From the NCBI GenBank assembly GCA_038213315.1, contig JBBQTJ010000008.1, forward strand, positions 1 through 26,611: a stretch of 26,611 nt of DNA, written 5' to 3'. Below, in pieces: positions 24,148 through 26,611 of this stretch. This DNA comes from Planctomycetota bacterium (GTDB taxonomy: Bacteria; Planctomycetota; UBA11346). The notes beneath the pieces were generated by a model, which worked only from the letters and a program-made list of their open reading frames with translations, had not been told where the DNA came from and made no database searches. Both the position numbers and the translations under genes were made by a program. Every line of letters starts with the position of its first letter. The stretch's first letter is position 1.

Positions 24148-26611
<2,464 letters not shown>

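Overview
This is a 26.6-kb window of about 67-68% GC that looks like proteobacterial chromosome. It is mostly housekeeping and signalling genes, with a degraded mobile-element patch at roughly 19.8-23.6 kb.

Gene order, left to right:
- A 3'-truncated long-form dCTP deaminase (- strand).
- An outer-membrane beta-barrel porin (+).
- A 967-aa fucokinase/GDP-fucose pyrophosphorylase (Fkp)-like enzyme (+).
- Two-gene operon member 1: a membrane NapH-like polyferredoxin fused to FHA and cNMP-binding domains (+).
- Two-gene operon member 2: an FHA domain fused to an FNR-type FAD/NAD reductase and a 2Fe-2S ferredoxin (+).
- A convergent operon of a Hanks-type Ser/Thr kinase translationally coupled (ATGA overlap) to a periplasmic CXXCH heme-sensor/HAMP protein with no output domain (-).
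- Two AraC-family HTH gene remnants flanking a eukaryote-type N-terminal glutamine amidohydrolase (NTAQ1-like) gene (+).
- A histidine phosphatase and thiD (-), divergent from a TPP riboswitch that controls a sodium:solute-symporter (ThiV-like) transporter (+).
- A GH2 beta-mannosidase (+) with a clean rho-independent terminator.
- A flotillin/SPFH (YqiK-like) gene plus a small membrane protein (-), bracketed by about 98%-identical 225-bp direct repeats derived from the 5' part of an IS3-family orfB, with a third diverged inverted copy.
- A decayed IS3 orfA/orfB remnant interrupted by a 236-bp palindromic MITE-like insertion with a 12-bp target duplication.
- A KaiC/RecA-like ATPase remnant (+).
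- A 5'-complete CHASE3-GAF-HisKA-HATPase-REC hybrid histidine kinase that runs off the window (+).

The most system-like novelty is the cluster of two pThr-reader (FHA) domains fused to electron-transfer modules, next to a Ser/Thr kinase paired with a heme-sensor/HAMP protein. This suggests a redox-sensing Ser/Thr phospho-relay that gates an electron-transfer pair. That reading is an inference from domain architecture only.

Many long ORFs in the six-frame track are antisense or off-frame artefacts of the high GC content and were rejected. No CRISPR array, rRNA or convincing tRNA was seen.
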